Source: Zootoca vivipara
Taxonomy: Eukaryota
DNA length: 64,000 bases
Reading direction: 5' to 3'
NCBI RefSeq assembly: GCF_963506605.1
Contig: NC_083278.1
Span: 53,258,001 to 53,322,000 of the forward strand
Made by a program: the position numbers and the translations under genes
Shown: positions 27,185-40,900 of the stretch, in pieces
How the letters are laid out: each line of letters begins with the position of its first letter
How positions within the stretch are numbered: the stretch's first letter is position 1
Notes under the pieces: generated by a model
Told to the model about the DNA's origin: nothing
Database searches by the model: none
The model's input: the letters and a program-made list of their open reading frames with translations, nothing else

Positions 27185-28444
27185 GCTTAAGAAAGGTCCA
27201 GTAGATCAGGAGCAAGAATCTTTGGACCTTATACTCAGAGGAAATATGTCTCTATTATACAAGCCAGGTAGGAGTCTTCACCTGAACTCGTCTGGGGTTC
27301 ATTTGGTGATGATAAGCATAGCAGCCAAAAGACATCATATCAGTGGTAACTGACTTACTCAGTTACTTACTCAATCTGAATAGATTTGTCACCCCATCCA
27401 TGTCCACGTTTATTTTAATTACAAAGTTAGAAGCAAGCAGCCTGACTAGTTAGTGCTGAAACTTCCTGAATATGTTTATACATGCATGCCATAATGTCAG
27501 CTTCAGTCTCTGTTTTTTGTATTGTCCAGAGAAAGGTATGACAGCTTTTTGTTAAATAAAGGGGGGGGGAGGGAATTGTCCAGTTTCCACAGCAGTTCTA
27601 AGCAGATTTACTTGGAAATAAGTTTCATCAAACACAATTTAGACTCCCAAATAAACACATTTTGAATTACAGGCTTTCAAGCAAAAATATCTTCAGGGTT
27701 TGGGCTTTGTTTTTTAGTGTTTAGCTGACCAAATTTTTAAAAATATACAGACAACAGAAACAACCTCGGTGAATGGGAAGAAGCATGCTGGCGTAAGAGT
27801 AACTGAGATATATCATTACACGCTGGGGAAAATGAGGATTCAAATTTCTACAAGGCAGAAAGAAGAAATTCTACAGGCCAAATGCTTTGTTCAGCTAGCA
27901 TTAATTTTGAAAAGACCTGAGAAGAGAGGACTGGTCCTGATGGGTAAATTCATTTTATGGTCCTGATGGGTAAATGCATTTTATTGCACTTAGTTTGATG
28001 TACCTTTTGTTTGTTATTGTAAGCATAAAAAACCTGTGCTAAATCCAGAGCTTTATCTTAGTAGGCCTGTTCATCCAGGTCAAAAACATAGGAGGAGGAC
28101 TCATCTGAAATTTCTGCAGTCCAAAAAGACACAGTGCATAAAAGCATATCTTGAATTACTCCCATAGTTGGTGCCTTAACCTATCTCTATACAAGAAGGG
28201 TGGGGAACTTGTGGCTCCAAAGGTTCCATCTATCTGATGCCTGTTCATACACATCTCTGGAGAAGGGTGAGACTAGGCCTGGTATTAAAGTGACTTTCAC
28301 ACCACAGAGCAAGGATGAAGAACATGTTGGACTTCAATTCCCATCAAACCTGACCACTGGCCCTGCTTCCTGGGCCTGATGGGAGTTGGAGTCCCCAAAA
28401 CTATCTACAGATCATGTGCTTCACAACATGGACAGTTGGTTGTC

Positions 28445-28525
28445 TATAATATTCTGTTTAATATTCTGTTGGAAGCCGCCCAGAGTGGCTGGGGGAACCT
28501 GGCCAGATGGGTGGGGTATAAATAA

Positions 28526-28576
<51 letters not shown>

Positions 28577-28595
28577 GTTGTTGTTGTTGTTGTTG
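28445..28595 (+). mobile_element. L2 3' tail with long (TTA)n(TTG)n microsatellite
   Basis: Same tail as 8720; explains the poly-Leu/Ile ORFs. Confidence 0.8.
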
Positions 28596-31500
28596 TCTCT
28601 AGAGTTGAATAAAAACTATGGGTAGTCTCAATCTTATACTTTCCTAAAGTACCTCTGTGTCCAGCACACATTTGACTACCCTTTTGAGTTTTTGTCTAGG
28701 TCTTGGACGTTAGAAGATGGCATGTGTGACAGGACAGGGCAGTTTTAATGCTCCAGGGAACTGTACAGTTTGGCTAAGCACAATAAAACTCCTAGAAATA
28801 GCCAAGCAGAACCTTAGGCAGAGCCTGAAAGCCCTGCCTGCACTTTCCCACAGTTCCACATTAGCCTTGCCTCTGTAAAAGGAAGGATGTAACACAGACA
28901 CTTGAAATATTGGTCTTCTCCTGCAAGCCAATCAGTTGTTGCATTCTAGGATCCTACTTGCATATTGTTCTAGTACATAACAGCACTATAAATGGACTCT
29001 GCCTGAGCTTTGCCTCATTCAGATCAGGGAGCGTGTCCAAACTTGATCAGACCAGCTCAGGAATCATACATTTCCTTTGCTCCCAAGCTGAAGCTTCCCT
29101 AGCTATGTCCAGTGGGCTAGGTGAAAGAGATGGGCTATCTGTAAAGCATGAGGTTTTGGGGGCAACTTTGAGCTGTGATCCAGGGCTGGAGATAAAAAAG
29201 TGGAGAATCACTCTTCAATATTTTCTCAGCTTTCCATTTAAAGGTCCCTTTTCATTGAACATGTACATTTTGAAGCAGACATTTAAACTTTGTCTTTGTT
29301 AGCTATTATGGAGAGGAAAAGCATGGTAAAACCCAGCACCTCATTTGACTGGACCTACGGATGACAGGCTATCTTAGCAGGCACAGCTTACATGAGTATG
29401 TCTTAAAATGGCAACCACATGTGAAGTCATTGTCTGTCCTTTCCCCATACCAGCTAGGGGAGGTTAAGTGAGGCTCACTAGCTACAATAGCTTTATATTC
29501 AGGCACCATGCCTCTGGACATCAGTCACTGGAGAACAGCAGCAGGAGAAAGCTATTGCACTCATGTCCTGTTTATGGGCTTCCTGAAGTCTTCTGGTTGG
29601 GCCACAATGGGAAACAGGATGCTGAGCTAGATAGGGCTTTGGCCTGGTCCAGCAGCGTCCTTCTTTTGCAGTTATGACTGTAAGTCAGTAATAGAAAGGG
29701 TCCTTGCAAGCAAACACATACCTTTTTGGTTTTAAAGAGAAAACACTGCATTTTCTTCCAAAGCAACATTTCTTTCCATTCAATGTCAGCAGGAGAGCCG
29801 GTCCGAAAAGGAGAGTGGTCTCTATGGTTTGCACACTAGCAAAGGAAGAAGAACCACAGTCCGCATTAAGCCAAAGATGTTTGCCAAAATGCTTGCATAA
29901 GCTTTGAGGTTAAAAGAGAGAAAGGCCACATGTTCACACTTCTCAAATAAACATTGCTGACTGGAAGTTTATTTTACATAAAATTCCTCCCTCTTACTTT
30001 TCTAAACCTAGAAATAGTTCATTTACATTCTTGCATATGGTTAGTGGAACTCTGTGTTTCCTGCTCAGCAGTTCAGCTGCTTTCAACCTTTAAGAGGAGC
30101 AATATCTGACTGGGAGAAGACTGTTTTATAACTCTATCATAACCATTTGTCATACGATAGCCGATGGTTATTGTGAAAATTAAATGGCTGGGAATATTCC
30201 CAGTATCTCAGTTTATTTCCCACATCCTGCTGTTGTTTGATCCCACTGCTGAAGATGAAGACAATGACCTGGCAAAAAGGACCTCTCCTTATGCTCACTC
30301 TTCACTCCCTAACCATACTTGCTCACCTGACTCAACCTGGTGCCCTCTGGAAGTTCTGGACCACAACACCAATGAGCCCCATATCAAATATTACATGGGG
30401 CTGATGCTGTAGTCCAAAACAGCTGCAGAGCAGCAGGTTGGCAATTACCTATTTTCCCATGATTTATAATGGAATCATTATTATTATTACTTTTTTAAAA
30501 ATCAGTTATTGCAATTGCTCACCATCTATTTTGCCTTGAGTTGAAATAGGGAGAACCTCTATCTTTGAAAAGAATCAGGATAACTGCTGGGGATAGAAAA
30601 GGGGGGGGACCCTCAGAAGAGATATGACTGATTATGATGGGGAACCCTTTGAAATATAATGCACACCAGATGGATCAAATCTTTGGGCTCCATAAACAAT
30701 TTTATTTAGCAATGGCAAGCCTTAAAAAACAATAACCCCAGGGGAAGGGTGTTTGCTTAGCTTTATCTAAGCAGGGATTTGTGTCCAGGACATGAACTAA
30801 AATGTACTTAAACTGGCATCAGAACACAATTTAAAATGTAATTATTTGACTCCCTAGTCAGAGGGGAAAGGAGTTGAAAGCAATTAAACACAGGTCCTGC
30901 TGACCAGCTCTGCTCTGGGCCAGCCAAAGACAACCTTGTAGTGGCCAGAAGCAACATGGATCAGTTGAAGTTCATTACCTGAAATGGGCCAATTTGGCAT
31001 CTGTTTCTATGCTCACACCCAACACTGTCTGTTGTGCTGTGACCCGAGATCAGCTGGATTTGGGTCATGGGCGGTGCTCTTATTGGATGCTTGAAAACAC
31101 CCCAAGAAGTTCTGAAAATACAAATTTTGAAGCTCATACTATTCCGCCCATGTGAATCAAATCTCTGGACTGTAACAAGACTTGACTATGCAGTGCCAAC
31201 AAATGCAAATCTATATGCCTACTCCTGTATATTGAAAATTACAGCTCTGTAAACTATCACTGTAACACAGGCTTAGACTGGATGATCTGAGTGCAACAAT
31301 AATAAGGCTGGAAGCACATGGTGCCTCTTGAAGGCTCCAGTCCTCCTAATGCCAGTGCTTCCCCAGTGGCGCCATGAATCAGCCCCCGCTGGTGAAATGA
31401 TCTGTACATCAATACATCTCTTCTTTTGTCGGGGGGAAAGAAGGTAAAAATATAGATCGTTCTTGTTCCAAAGGCTTTCACTCTTAATCTTCAGAAGAGC

Positions 31501-32408
31501 TGATTCCTGTGAGAACATTCTTGCCACATTTATTCATAGTATTGGATTTTATTAGAGACTGAGACTTATATGTAATACAGTTACACTTTCAAGGGAGGTG
31601 AATTTAAGGGCTTGGATGCGAGTCTTGGGACAGCTTCTAAATTACATTTAAGCTGTTTTTGCTCCAGCCTTCATGTTTGTCTGGCTCTTCATATTTGTCA
31701 GATGTAGAAAGATACTGTGCGGTTCAATTGCTTAGATTACTTTGGAACCTCATCTAATAAATCTCTGCAGTGCCCAGAGATTACATAGAAATGCAAGAGG
31801 TTCAGAATGCCCCTAATCAAACATATTTGTAACTTAGGAAGGCTCCTTTCTACTTATTTACATTCTCGATCCAGGGTGGGGAACTTGTGGCCCTCTGGAT
31901 GTTGTTGGATCGCAACTCCCATCAACCCCATTCAGTGTTCAGGGATGATGGGAACTGTAGTTCAGCAATATCTGGAGTCACAGCTTTCCCATTCCTTCCC
32001 ACATAGCTCTATAATGCCATAAACAGACAAACAGATATCTGATCACACACATTTGCACACTCAAGCACAAATCTATCTGTGCTGAAGCCTATGAATATTG
32101 TTGATGGACTTCAGAATGGCTTACTCTGTGCAGCTTTTAGCATTTAGAACGGTTGAGTTCTCCTCTGAACTGAAGGGTTTTCTCCAATGCTGGTCCTACC
32201 TAGTTGCCTAGAGCCCCAAATACTTAAAACATATCAAAGTTCAAGTAACTAAAGATAACATTTTGACTGTACACTGTGGCTCTTGGAACCATTTATGCAA
32301 GCAACAGAGTGCCTGCAGTTCATCTTGCATCTGTCTCTTTCCCTGGAGAGTAGGGTGCCCACTTATACATCATCAGCAACATAAAGAGATCACAGTTTTC
32401 TCTAAAGC

Positions 32409-32549
32409 AGGCATGGCCAAACTTAGCCCTCAAGCTGTTTTGGGACTACAATTCCCATCCCTACAATCCCTGACCACTGGTCCTGTTAGCTAGGGATGAC
32501 GGGAGTTGTAGTCCCAAAACAGCTGGAGGGCCAAGTTTGGCCATGCCTG
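32409..32549. mobile_element. ~135 bp palindromic MITE family B variant
   Basis: TIR caggcatggccaaactt...aagtttggccatgcctg. Confidence 0.8.
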
Positions 32550-32973
32550 CCCGAAAGCGTTCAAATGCTGATTTATAGCTACACGTTGCAAATTCAGAAA
32601 TAATTGTTGCAATTTAAATAAGATCATTGTGGTGGGGGATGGGGGGGGGGAGACTGTGGCCAGGTGCCTTGTTTGGCTGGTCCATCTGCTAGGTATTAAA
32701 TGCTGATTTGTAAAATTGGGGAGGAGGCAGCATTTATCTTTTTCCAGCTTGCAACAATTATTAGGTTGCAACTCTGCTACTCAGATGACACCCCCCCCTC
32801 CAGGAGCCACTGTGAGGGACCAGCTGGCATTTTCCATGTACCTGATGGCAACTGATGATGCAAGATGATGTTAAAAGCCCACAGGTCTCATGAATGGAGA
32901 TGAAGGCAAGTCTGGCGCCTATTTATAAATCCTTTCCTTGCCCTTCCTGCCTTCAGTCAGAGACAACCTAAGT

Positions 32974-33108
32974 CAGGCATCCCCAAACTGCAGCCCTCCA
33001 GATGTTTTGGCCTACATCTCCCGTGATCCCTAGCTAACAGGACCAGTGGTCGGGAAAGATGGGAATTGTAGTCGAAAACATCTGGAGGGCCGTAGTTTGG
33101 GGGTGCCT
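32974..33108. mobile_element. MITE family B (hAT-like)
   Basis: Long TIRs caggcatccccaaactgc...gtttgggggtgcctg. Confidence 0.85.
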
Positions 33109-35362
33109 GTTCTAGAGCCTACTTCCAGTTCCTTTAATGCAGTCTGGGGCTGATGGCCCAGGAACAACTGGAGGGCAAGAGGTTGGCAAAGCCTGCTTTA
33201 ATGGCACAACCATTTTTCTCATCTGTGGAAGACTGCTGCACCCACTAGCTCTGTCTCTGTTCTGTGGCCTCCGCTACCAGGATATGGAATAGCAGAAAGC
33301 TTTGAAAAAGAAAAGAAAAGTGGGAGGTGGGAAGTGGGAAGTGTTCTGATGCTCTGAGCGTCTGGTAAATTGAAGGTCTGCTGACTTTGTAATGTATTTG
33401 TATACAGTATAATAAATGTGTGTTTTATTAAATGTGCATGCCCAGGCAAACTTTGCCATTTGTGCTTTTTTTATGGCTACGCACTTCGTACTCCTGCACA
33501 ATTTCTGACTCGCTGCTGTTACATTTATGGCCATTTTTGTTTAAAAAGGGCTTCTTGTGGTTGTTTAATAGCTGTATAAGTGGCTCTCTGTTCTGAGTGT
33601 TTTGATGCCGGGAGGGCAAGGAGTAGGTGGGAATGGTTTACTTGACGGCCCCTGCTCATGTGGCTGTGGCTTTCATGAATGCTCCCGGATGGTGAGGTTC
33701 CTACAGCTTACAGAAGTGGGTTCCATGCTGCTTGGGGTGTGTGTGTGTGCATGTGAGCCTGGCCCAAAGTTCTTCTCTCACAGCCTCCACTCCACTATGT
33801 TTCACATCACATCCACTACAAATGCAAATAAGTGAGGGTGGTTCTTCTTTCAACCTAAGTGCACTTAAATAGACAAAGGATGGAGGAGGAGGACTGATGA
33901 GGACACTGTTAATAAACACTTGTCTAAATGTTCTTTTCCCTGTGTGAATAAAAATAAGAATTAATCACAAAGAATAGGAGTTCTGTTTTGCTTAAGCACA
34001 GGATAACTTTGTGCGGCAGGACTTGATTTTCTTATTGAGCCGCCTATATAAAAAGGATATTAAACTTAAACATTTCTAATCTGATCGCAGCCTAATTGTA
34101 GTACTATCAGGGGTTCATCGTTACTTTAATTAGCTAATGCCTTTCACAGTGGTTAAGCGCAGCTGTTTTGAAGAATACCATTTTATTAAATTCCCAAAGA
34201 GTTATTATTTGAACCACAGCTAAGACACTTTCATTAATTATGGAGCTAGAGCATGAAAGGCAAGAATTCAGCTCTGCCCATTATTACGGCAGGAAGAGGC
34301 AGAGCAGCAGTACTCGTGAGCCTGCTCTCCCCGCATCTTCGTAATTTTTGAAACAGCTTACCTTTGACTTCCAGCCAGATCCTGCAGTCATGTGAACCCT
34401 GTTGGCATCTCCCTTGGCACAAGCAATATGAAGCATGTGATCACAGATTTCACTTGCCATAACTTGCATGATCAAGTGCAATCACCAGGAGTTTTTCCCA
34501 TGGGTGCAAAAGTCATCACGTATCAAGGTCAGACTACGGTGATGGGTTGGAGGGGGCCAGGGCTGCTTCCAAAAATACAATCCCCACCCCCACCCGCAAA
34601 AAAAGGATGCATAAAATAAGGTACAGTCATGCGGTATCTTGAAGTTTTACAAGTGTATTGTAGGGTTAGGTTTCGTAGAGTGCAAAAATTAATCTGAGCA
34701 GGTTCATTTCTGCAACTCTAAGCAAAACACACACAAATTTTGCCAACCTTGATATACAAAAAGAAAGTGCTCTTGTGTATGTGCAGTTTAACATTTTAAA
34801 CTCACTTACCTCATTTGATTTGCTCACCAGTCACCAACTCTCAGCCTAATGTAGCTCACATGATTTTTGTAAAGATAAAGAAGAAGATATAAATGGTTGC
34901 AAAGGGAGACTTAGTGTTTGCATTATAGATATCAAACTGTGGTTCCTTTAACCAGAGTTTTGCAACATTGTAGTATAAAGGGCCATGTTTTTTTCTGAGC
35001 CTGCTGCAAATTAGTACAACCCTAATCTGTACCTGATTAGAAACAGGAAGAAAGGGGCACTAAAGGAGCGGGACCCCAGGGATTCCTATAGCCTTTAGGG
35101 CCCCAGGGATTCCTATAGTCTGGTAACCAAATAAGCTCACTTATCAATCACAACTCTGACTTCACTCATTGACTGAAGACTATGAAAGCAGGGAACGGCC
35201 TGTCTGGATCATCTGACAGAAATTGCTGATAAAGTTGCCTACAGATTTTGCTTCATAAAGCTCCTTTTAGGAGGGCTAGATGCTTCCTTACTTTAAAAAT
35301 GAAAGCTCCAAGTCTATGTTCCCTGGTAGGTATGGGCCCTGATGCAACTGCACAATTATAAC

Positions 35363-35452
35363 CATAGCTGCCAAGTTTTCCCTTTTCTCACGAGGAAGCC
35401 TATTCACCATAAGGGAAAATCCCTGTAAAAAAGGGATAACTTGGCAGCTATG
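35363..35452. mobile_element. MITE family A copy
   Basis: Same TIRs; flanking duplication ttataac. Confidence 0.88.
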
Positions 35453-35888
35453 TTATAACCCACCCTTGCTGAATCAGTCCTTAAATAACCATATATATTT
35501 GAGGCTTTTCACCCTCATAGGCCTGGGAAGGACAGGCAGCTCTCAGTTGTCACCAGTCTCTTTCTCTCCCTTTTTGGTTGGTAGTCTCCATTCTAACCTG
35601 AGTTATCTTAAGTGAACAAAGAGCAAAAGAGAGAAATAGTTAACAAGAGAGTGAAAAGGAAGGCACATAAATGAACAACAATTAGGCAAGAACTGGAGAG
35701 TGATCAGGGCTGTGTGGATTTTATCATAAGTCAATAAGGCCATGTCACACAACCCTACATAAGGGCTGGATTCTGGGCAGAGAAGAGGCACTCTGAGTGC
35801 CGTATGGTATTTCTACTCAAAATTTTCAGTCCGTGTTGACATTTCACTAGATCAAAAAAAGACTGCCAAGGCTTAGTATGAACTAATA

Positions 35889-36024
35889 CAGACATCCCCA
35901 AACTGCGGCCCTCCAGATGTTTTGGCCTACAACTCCCATGATCCCTAGCTAACAGGGCCAGTGGTCAGGGATGATGGAAATTGTAGTCCAAAACATCTGG
36001 AGGGCCGAAGTTTGGGGATGTCTG
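35889..36024. mobile_element. MITE family B copy
   Basis: TIRs with 8 bp TSD aactaata. Confidence 0.88.
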
Positions 36025-37284
36025 AACTAATACATTGGCATACCACCCATTGAAACATTGGAAGTCATGCCACCAGTCTGGCATACCTTCAAGGTCATGT
36101 GAATCACCTGCCCTCTAACTCATTGTGGCCAGTATAGGCAGGTCCAGCACCTTTTGGCTTCGGAAGGCACTGAATTGGGAAACACCAATAGCAAGCATCC
36201 CCAAGGGCCTATACCTATACAGGATGCTCTCATGAGTGCCTCTAACTCTTTATCCTTTCTCTCCCCTCTACTTTTAGCATAGCCCATATTTAAAGCTAAG
36301 CATAGGCACCCAACATATTTAAACCATGAATGATACGCCAAACGTGCAATGCAGGCTAAAACCCACTCTCTTCAAGTACCACAAAAAGCCAGGAAAGGAC
36401 ATGTAGTGCATTTGAAAAAGACCCAGAAGTGTTGTAGCTTTGGTAAGAACAGGCTTTTATTTATTTAAAAGATTGTTTTACCACTGTACAGTATAGCAAT
36501 GCTTCCAAGGAAGATTCCTCCCCCCCCCCAAAAAATGTCCATGATAAAATACAAGACTCAAAATAACATATAATCAAAGTTGCACAGATTTAAATCGGCA
36601 ACACGTTAGAAAGCCTTGGGTGCCTTTAAATAATCTTTTCTAACCTTTCGCTCACTTTTACCATATTGCAGTGGTGTGGAACCTTTGTTCTGGTACTGAA
36701 AACCAACCAAAGGCACCCTTTTCCTTAATTCTAAGCATCTGTTTTTGCAGTAGGACCTGGTAGGTTGATGTTGGGGTTCAGATTGACAAGTCTGAAGTCC
36801 AACTAGTTCTGTTGTAGAGCATCAGCATTAAGGAAATGGATAGGGAATAAGCGGAGACATTATTTCTGATGACCCCAGCTGATCCTGAAAGCATCTTCTA
36901 GTCCTCTTCCGGCTACTTTAGACATGCATAGCTCTTTCACATTGAAACTACAGTAAGGGGATATAAGTGCTTTTAACTTAGGCTGTATCAAGCCCTTGGC
37001 TTTTACCCAAAGCACATGCACAGCTCATCTCAACACCTTCCCACTCTGTGCTTTAGGAACAGGATCTGAAAATGCTTCTTAGACAGAGGATGCATATTTC
37101 TGAGGTCATGTTTCAGCTGAGCATCTGCATAACATCTCATCATCAAGCCCTTTATTTCATCTCTTTGCTTACCGTTTCTAAAATTATATTATTTTGGCTG
37201 GCATTCAGGTGGATTTTTCCCCCTTATTAGAAAACAAAAAATGACAGACACACACACACAAATACCTAGGGTGGTTAAACTTAC

Positions 37285-37461
37285 ATTTTTCCCCCTTGTG
37301 AAACTGTCTATGAAGATCTTGGATGAATGCCTGCTGTCAAAGAAGGCACTGACGCACATCTCGTTTGCTGCAAGGAGGGCTTTGCAGTATTTCAGAATTG
37401 TTGCTTCTGCAGCCTGTTTACACCCACATCCCAGGTTACTTTCACCAGTGAGAAAAGTCAT
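37285..37461 (-). CDS. Candidate first coding exon (59 codons) of the 196-aa minus-strand gene
   Basis: ATG directly preceded by an in-frame TGA; consensus donor AAT|gtaagt in phase 0 matching the acceptor at 19865. The join across 17.4 kb is inferred, not shown. Confidence 0.3.
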
Positions 37462-37846
37462 TCAATAGGCCTCCTCTCCTGGAGTGCCTGCTGCCGCACT
37501 GCTGGCATTGGCAAGTTTAAATCCAGGACTTATATGCCTCCCTGAGGAAGGAGGAGGCTTAGTAAACCAAGGATGCAAGTATTCTTTGACCCTGGTCAGT
37601 GGGACATAGATGAACAGCCTGAAGATAACCTCTGGCTGGGGTGTGTGGGTGAAGGCCAGGCCCCCTTTTCCTGTGTAGAGATCCTATTGAGGTCTAGCTA
37701 TTCCAGCTTGCTCCCTATGTATCCACTGACCCATTTGCTCTTCATCTTCTTCCTCCTCCTCCCACCCTCCATTTATATTATCCAGATTTCCGCACCCTTC
37801 CTTCTGCCTAAGGCCCTGCAGCTGGGCTCCTTCCCTTCCACCAGAC

Positions 37847-37982
37847 CAGGCATCCCCAAACTGCGGCCCTCCAGATGTTTTGGCCTACAACTCCCATGAT
37901 CCCTAGCTAATAGGACCAGTGGTGAGGCATGATGGGAATTGTAGTCCAAAACATCTGGAGCGCCGAAGATTGGGGATGCCTG
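37847..37982. mobile_element. MITE family B copy
   Basis: Same TIRs and body as 35889. Confidence 0.85.
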
Positions 37983-40900
37983 CATCAGACAGATGTCTGA
38001 GAGTACCACACCCTGCTCCATCTCCCCCAGGTGCAGCCTTCAGGCAATGACAACATATGATGGTCTCAGGAGCCATTGCATAGTTGGTACTTGGTGGTGT
38101 GGATCAGGGCATACTTAAAAGGCAAGGTGCCAGCAAAGGATTGGCAAGCCCTGGCAGCCTATCATATTTATGGACACTTAATTTTGGGCCAATGTAAACA
38201 CATCAGGGGTATCTGACAGCTTTGTTTCAGATTTCTTAATTTCCCTGCATTCTAAAAGGACTAGGCCAGCCTTTCTCAACCTGATTGGGCCTGATGGGAA
38301 TTGTAGTCTGAACCATTGGGGAAGGCTGGATGAGACTCTTTTGTTTGCTTTCCTTTAAAAAATTCAATTCAGCACAAATATAAATGACTTGCTATACCTG
38401 GGACGTTTAACCAGCACAAAAATGGCCACAGTGGAACAAACTCAGACAGGTTAAAGTGAATCTCTTGAATGTGTCTGTAAATCACTTTAGATCTCTCCTC
38501 TATTTCTTTTAGCCATGGAAATGATACTGCACAGAGTAACTGCCATCAAAATGGCTTAAAATAATAAGGATAAAGTATTCTGTTCCGAAACGTCAAGTTA
38601 GTTCTACTCTCTGTTGTCCTGTCAGCTGCTGATAAAACTGTGGCTCCAAAAATAGGCAGTGTAAACCAAAGACATGACGTTCTTTCCATATTTGCCAAAT
38701 AAGGGCACTTTCTTTTCTTTCTTTCTTTTTTACGTTAAGTGAAAAAGAGATGGGGGAAAAACTACGATCAGGCTAGTTTCAGCTGACTGCTAGAGAAGTC
38801 TCAGTTTGATGGGCAACTTGGGAAGTCTTACTGCTTGCACAATTAAGACCCACTGGGAAACTGAATGGGAATTGTTTGATTTATTGATTGATTTACAGCA
38901 TTTTAGGCTTCACTTTATTAAAATTTCTAAAGCAGCTTACACCACATAAATACTAATAGCAAAAAAATATGTTAGTAGTGAATGGCATGGTGAGTTGCCA
39001 CCATTCACCTAATATCTGCTTAGTCACCAGATTATATCAACGACCATCAAAGATGAACAAATAAGTTTTCATCCAACCGTTGGCAGCTACTTTATTTCAG
39101 ATGGGTGGTGGCTCCACAAGCTAGACATCACAACAGGAAAGGCCTTCCTCGTCACAGCCAGACGTACTTCTGAAGGCTGCAGCACAACCAGGAAGGCCTC
39201 AATTATTATAGAAAAATGGAACCCAAACCAAATGTTTTGAACATTCTTTGAAGAATGTAAAATCTTTTCCATTTACTTCTCCTGCTTTACAATAGTGACT
39301 GGCAAAACCAAAGCTCTATTGGCTGAATTCAGGCATTATACGAAGCAGTGGCTTGTACTAACCACAATTAAGAAACCATACCATGGTATGAGATTCCAAA
39401 CGTACAACAGGCAAAACATGGTATAGAGATGCTGGTCTGCTTCCATTTCCCAACTTCTCTTGTACTTCGCTTCTTAGGTTCACTCCTAGATCTAGGGTGC
39501 AGCAGCCTGTTGGGGCAGAGAAAGAGCTGGAACAGGTTTGTGAAACTCAAGACTGTTGCTGTACTTTTGCTAGATAAAATCTGAAAAGTGGAATGAGCCA
39601 AGAGGTGACGAGAAGCTATATTGATGCATATACCTGATATGCCAGGGCATCCTGTTTACTTTTTGCCACGTCAAAGTTTCTAAAAAGTGGTTTCACCACT
39701 TTTGTAGCATCTCAAAAGTATCATTCATCCAGCATGTGTCTTACTCTGTAGCACCTGTAAGTCTTACACATGTTTAAAAAAAAAGCCACCAGAAACCAAG
39801 CAATTCAAATTCAGCTGTGAGTTATTAAGTGATGGGATGGGATGGTGGGTGCACAGATATAAACCAATTCAAGAATTCACCCCAAGTAATTGAATTGCAT
39901 GCAGTATAAGCACATATCACAGCTTCTAACCAGAGAAATGGGAAGGATCTGCCAATAAAATGCTCATGAAAATTTATCAGCATTTTAGTGAAAATTTCTC
40001 CAAATAAACACATGTTTTGCAAGACACTTTCCAAAATATAATGCATTTTATATGTTATTTTCAGCAATAACTTCCTTTTTATGCAGACTTTCTCCTTTCA
40101 GGTGTACATTTGTAAGCAATGTTTGGTTAGACAACAGCATCACAAAATTCAGGTAAGTGCGAATACTTTTCATTAGAAGCCTTAAAACATTCACAAATAC
40201 ATTTTTGATAACTAAATAACTACCAAAGTACTCATTCAATACTGAAGAAAATATTTTGTTTCTTAGCAAGCTCATTTGGAGATGAAGTAATTCTCTGGAG
40301 AACAGGATTCAGAATGCAAAGCTGCTTCCCTTTTTGAAAAAGCAAACCTTCGTGCCTTTCAATCATTTTGTCAGGTTTGTCTCAACCTTTCTATTAAAAT
40401 CCTTGGCAGAATATCATGCTTATAAAATTTTAGGCATGTTAGGTTAGTTTTGGAAGAAAATTAGGCTGGGTAAAAATAATGCTTGAATTGGAAAGCTAGT
40501 TTTCCAGCCTAAACTGTGGAGAGAAAATGAATGGGAAAGTCTTCCAAGGTAAACAATGAATATCTGGCTGTGAAAATCTTGTTTATTTTCAGAACAGTAC
40601 CTCTGGTGCCGTCATGATTGACTTTCCGGTCATAAAGCCCAAACCTCCTTTCAGCGCATTCTTGGTATGTTTAACTACTGGGTACTTCAATACCCTTCAG
40701 TAAGTGAAATACTTCGGTTCTGTTCTGTCCATTTACAATGCTTTCCTATATGGGCCCTACTCAAAGTTCAGTGGGTAAGCATGTCAAGGATTTCATCCTT
40801 AATGGTTTTGGACCGATAGGCAATGAAAACAAATCCTTCAATGAACACTCAGGAAAATGACCATTAGAAGAGTCTTTCAGGATCAAGCCAAAGCCCATCT

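Noticed and set aside
28386-28671. Poly-Leu and poly-Ile/Thr ORFs
   Set aside because: Translations of a trinucleotide microsatellite.
34361-34450. Ankyrin-like LHIACAKGD followed by a gtaagc donor (minus strand)
   Set aside because: No good acceptor and no second repeat or partner exon found.
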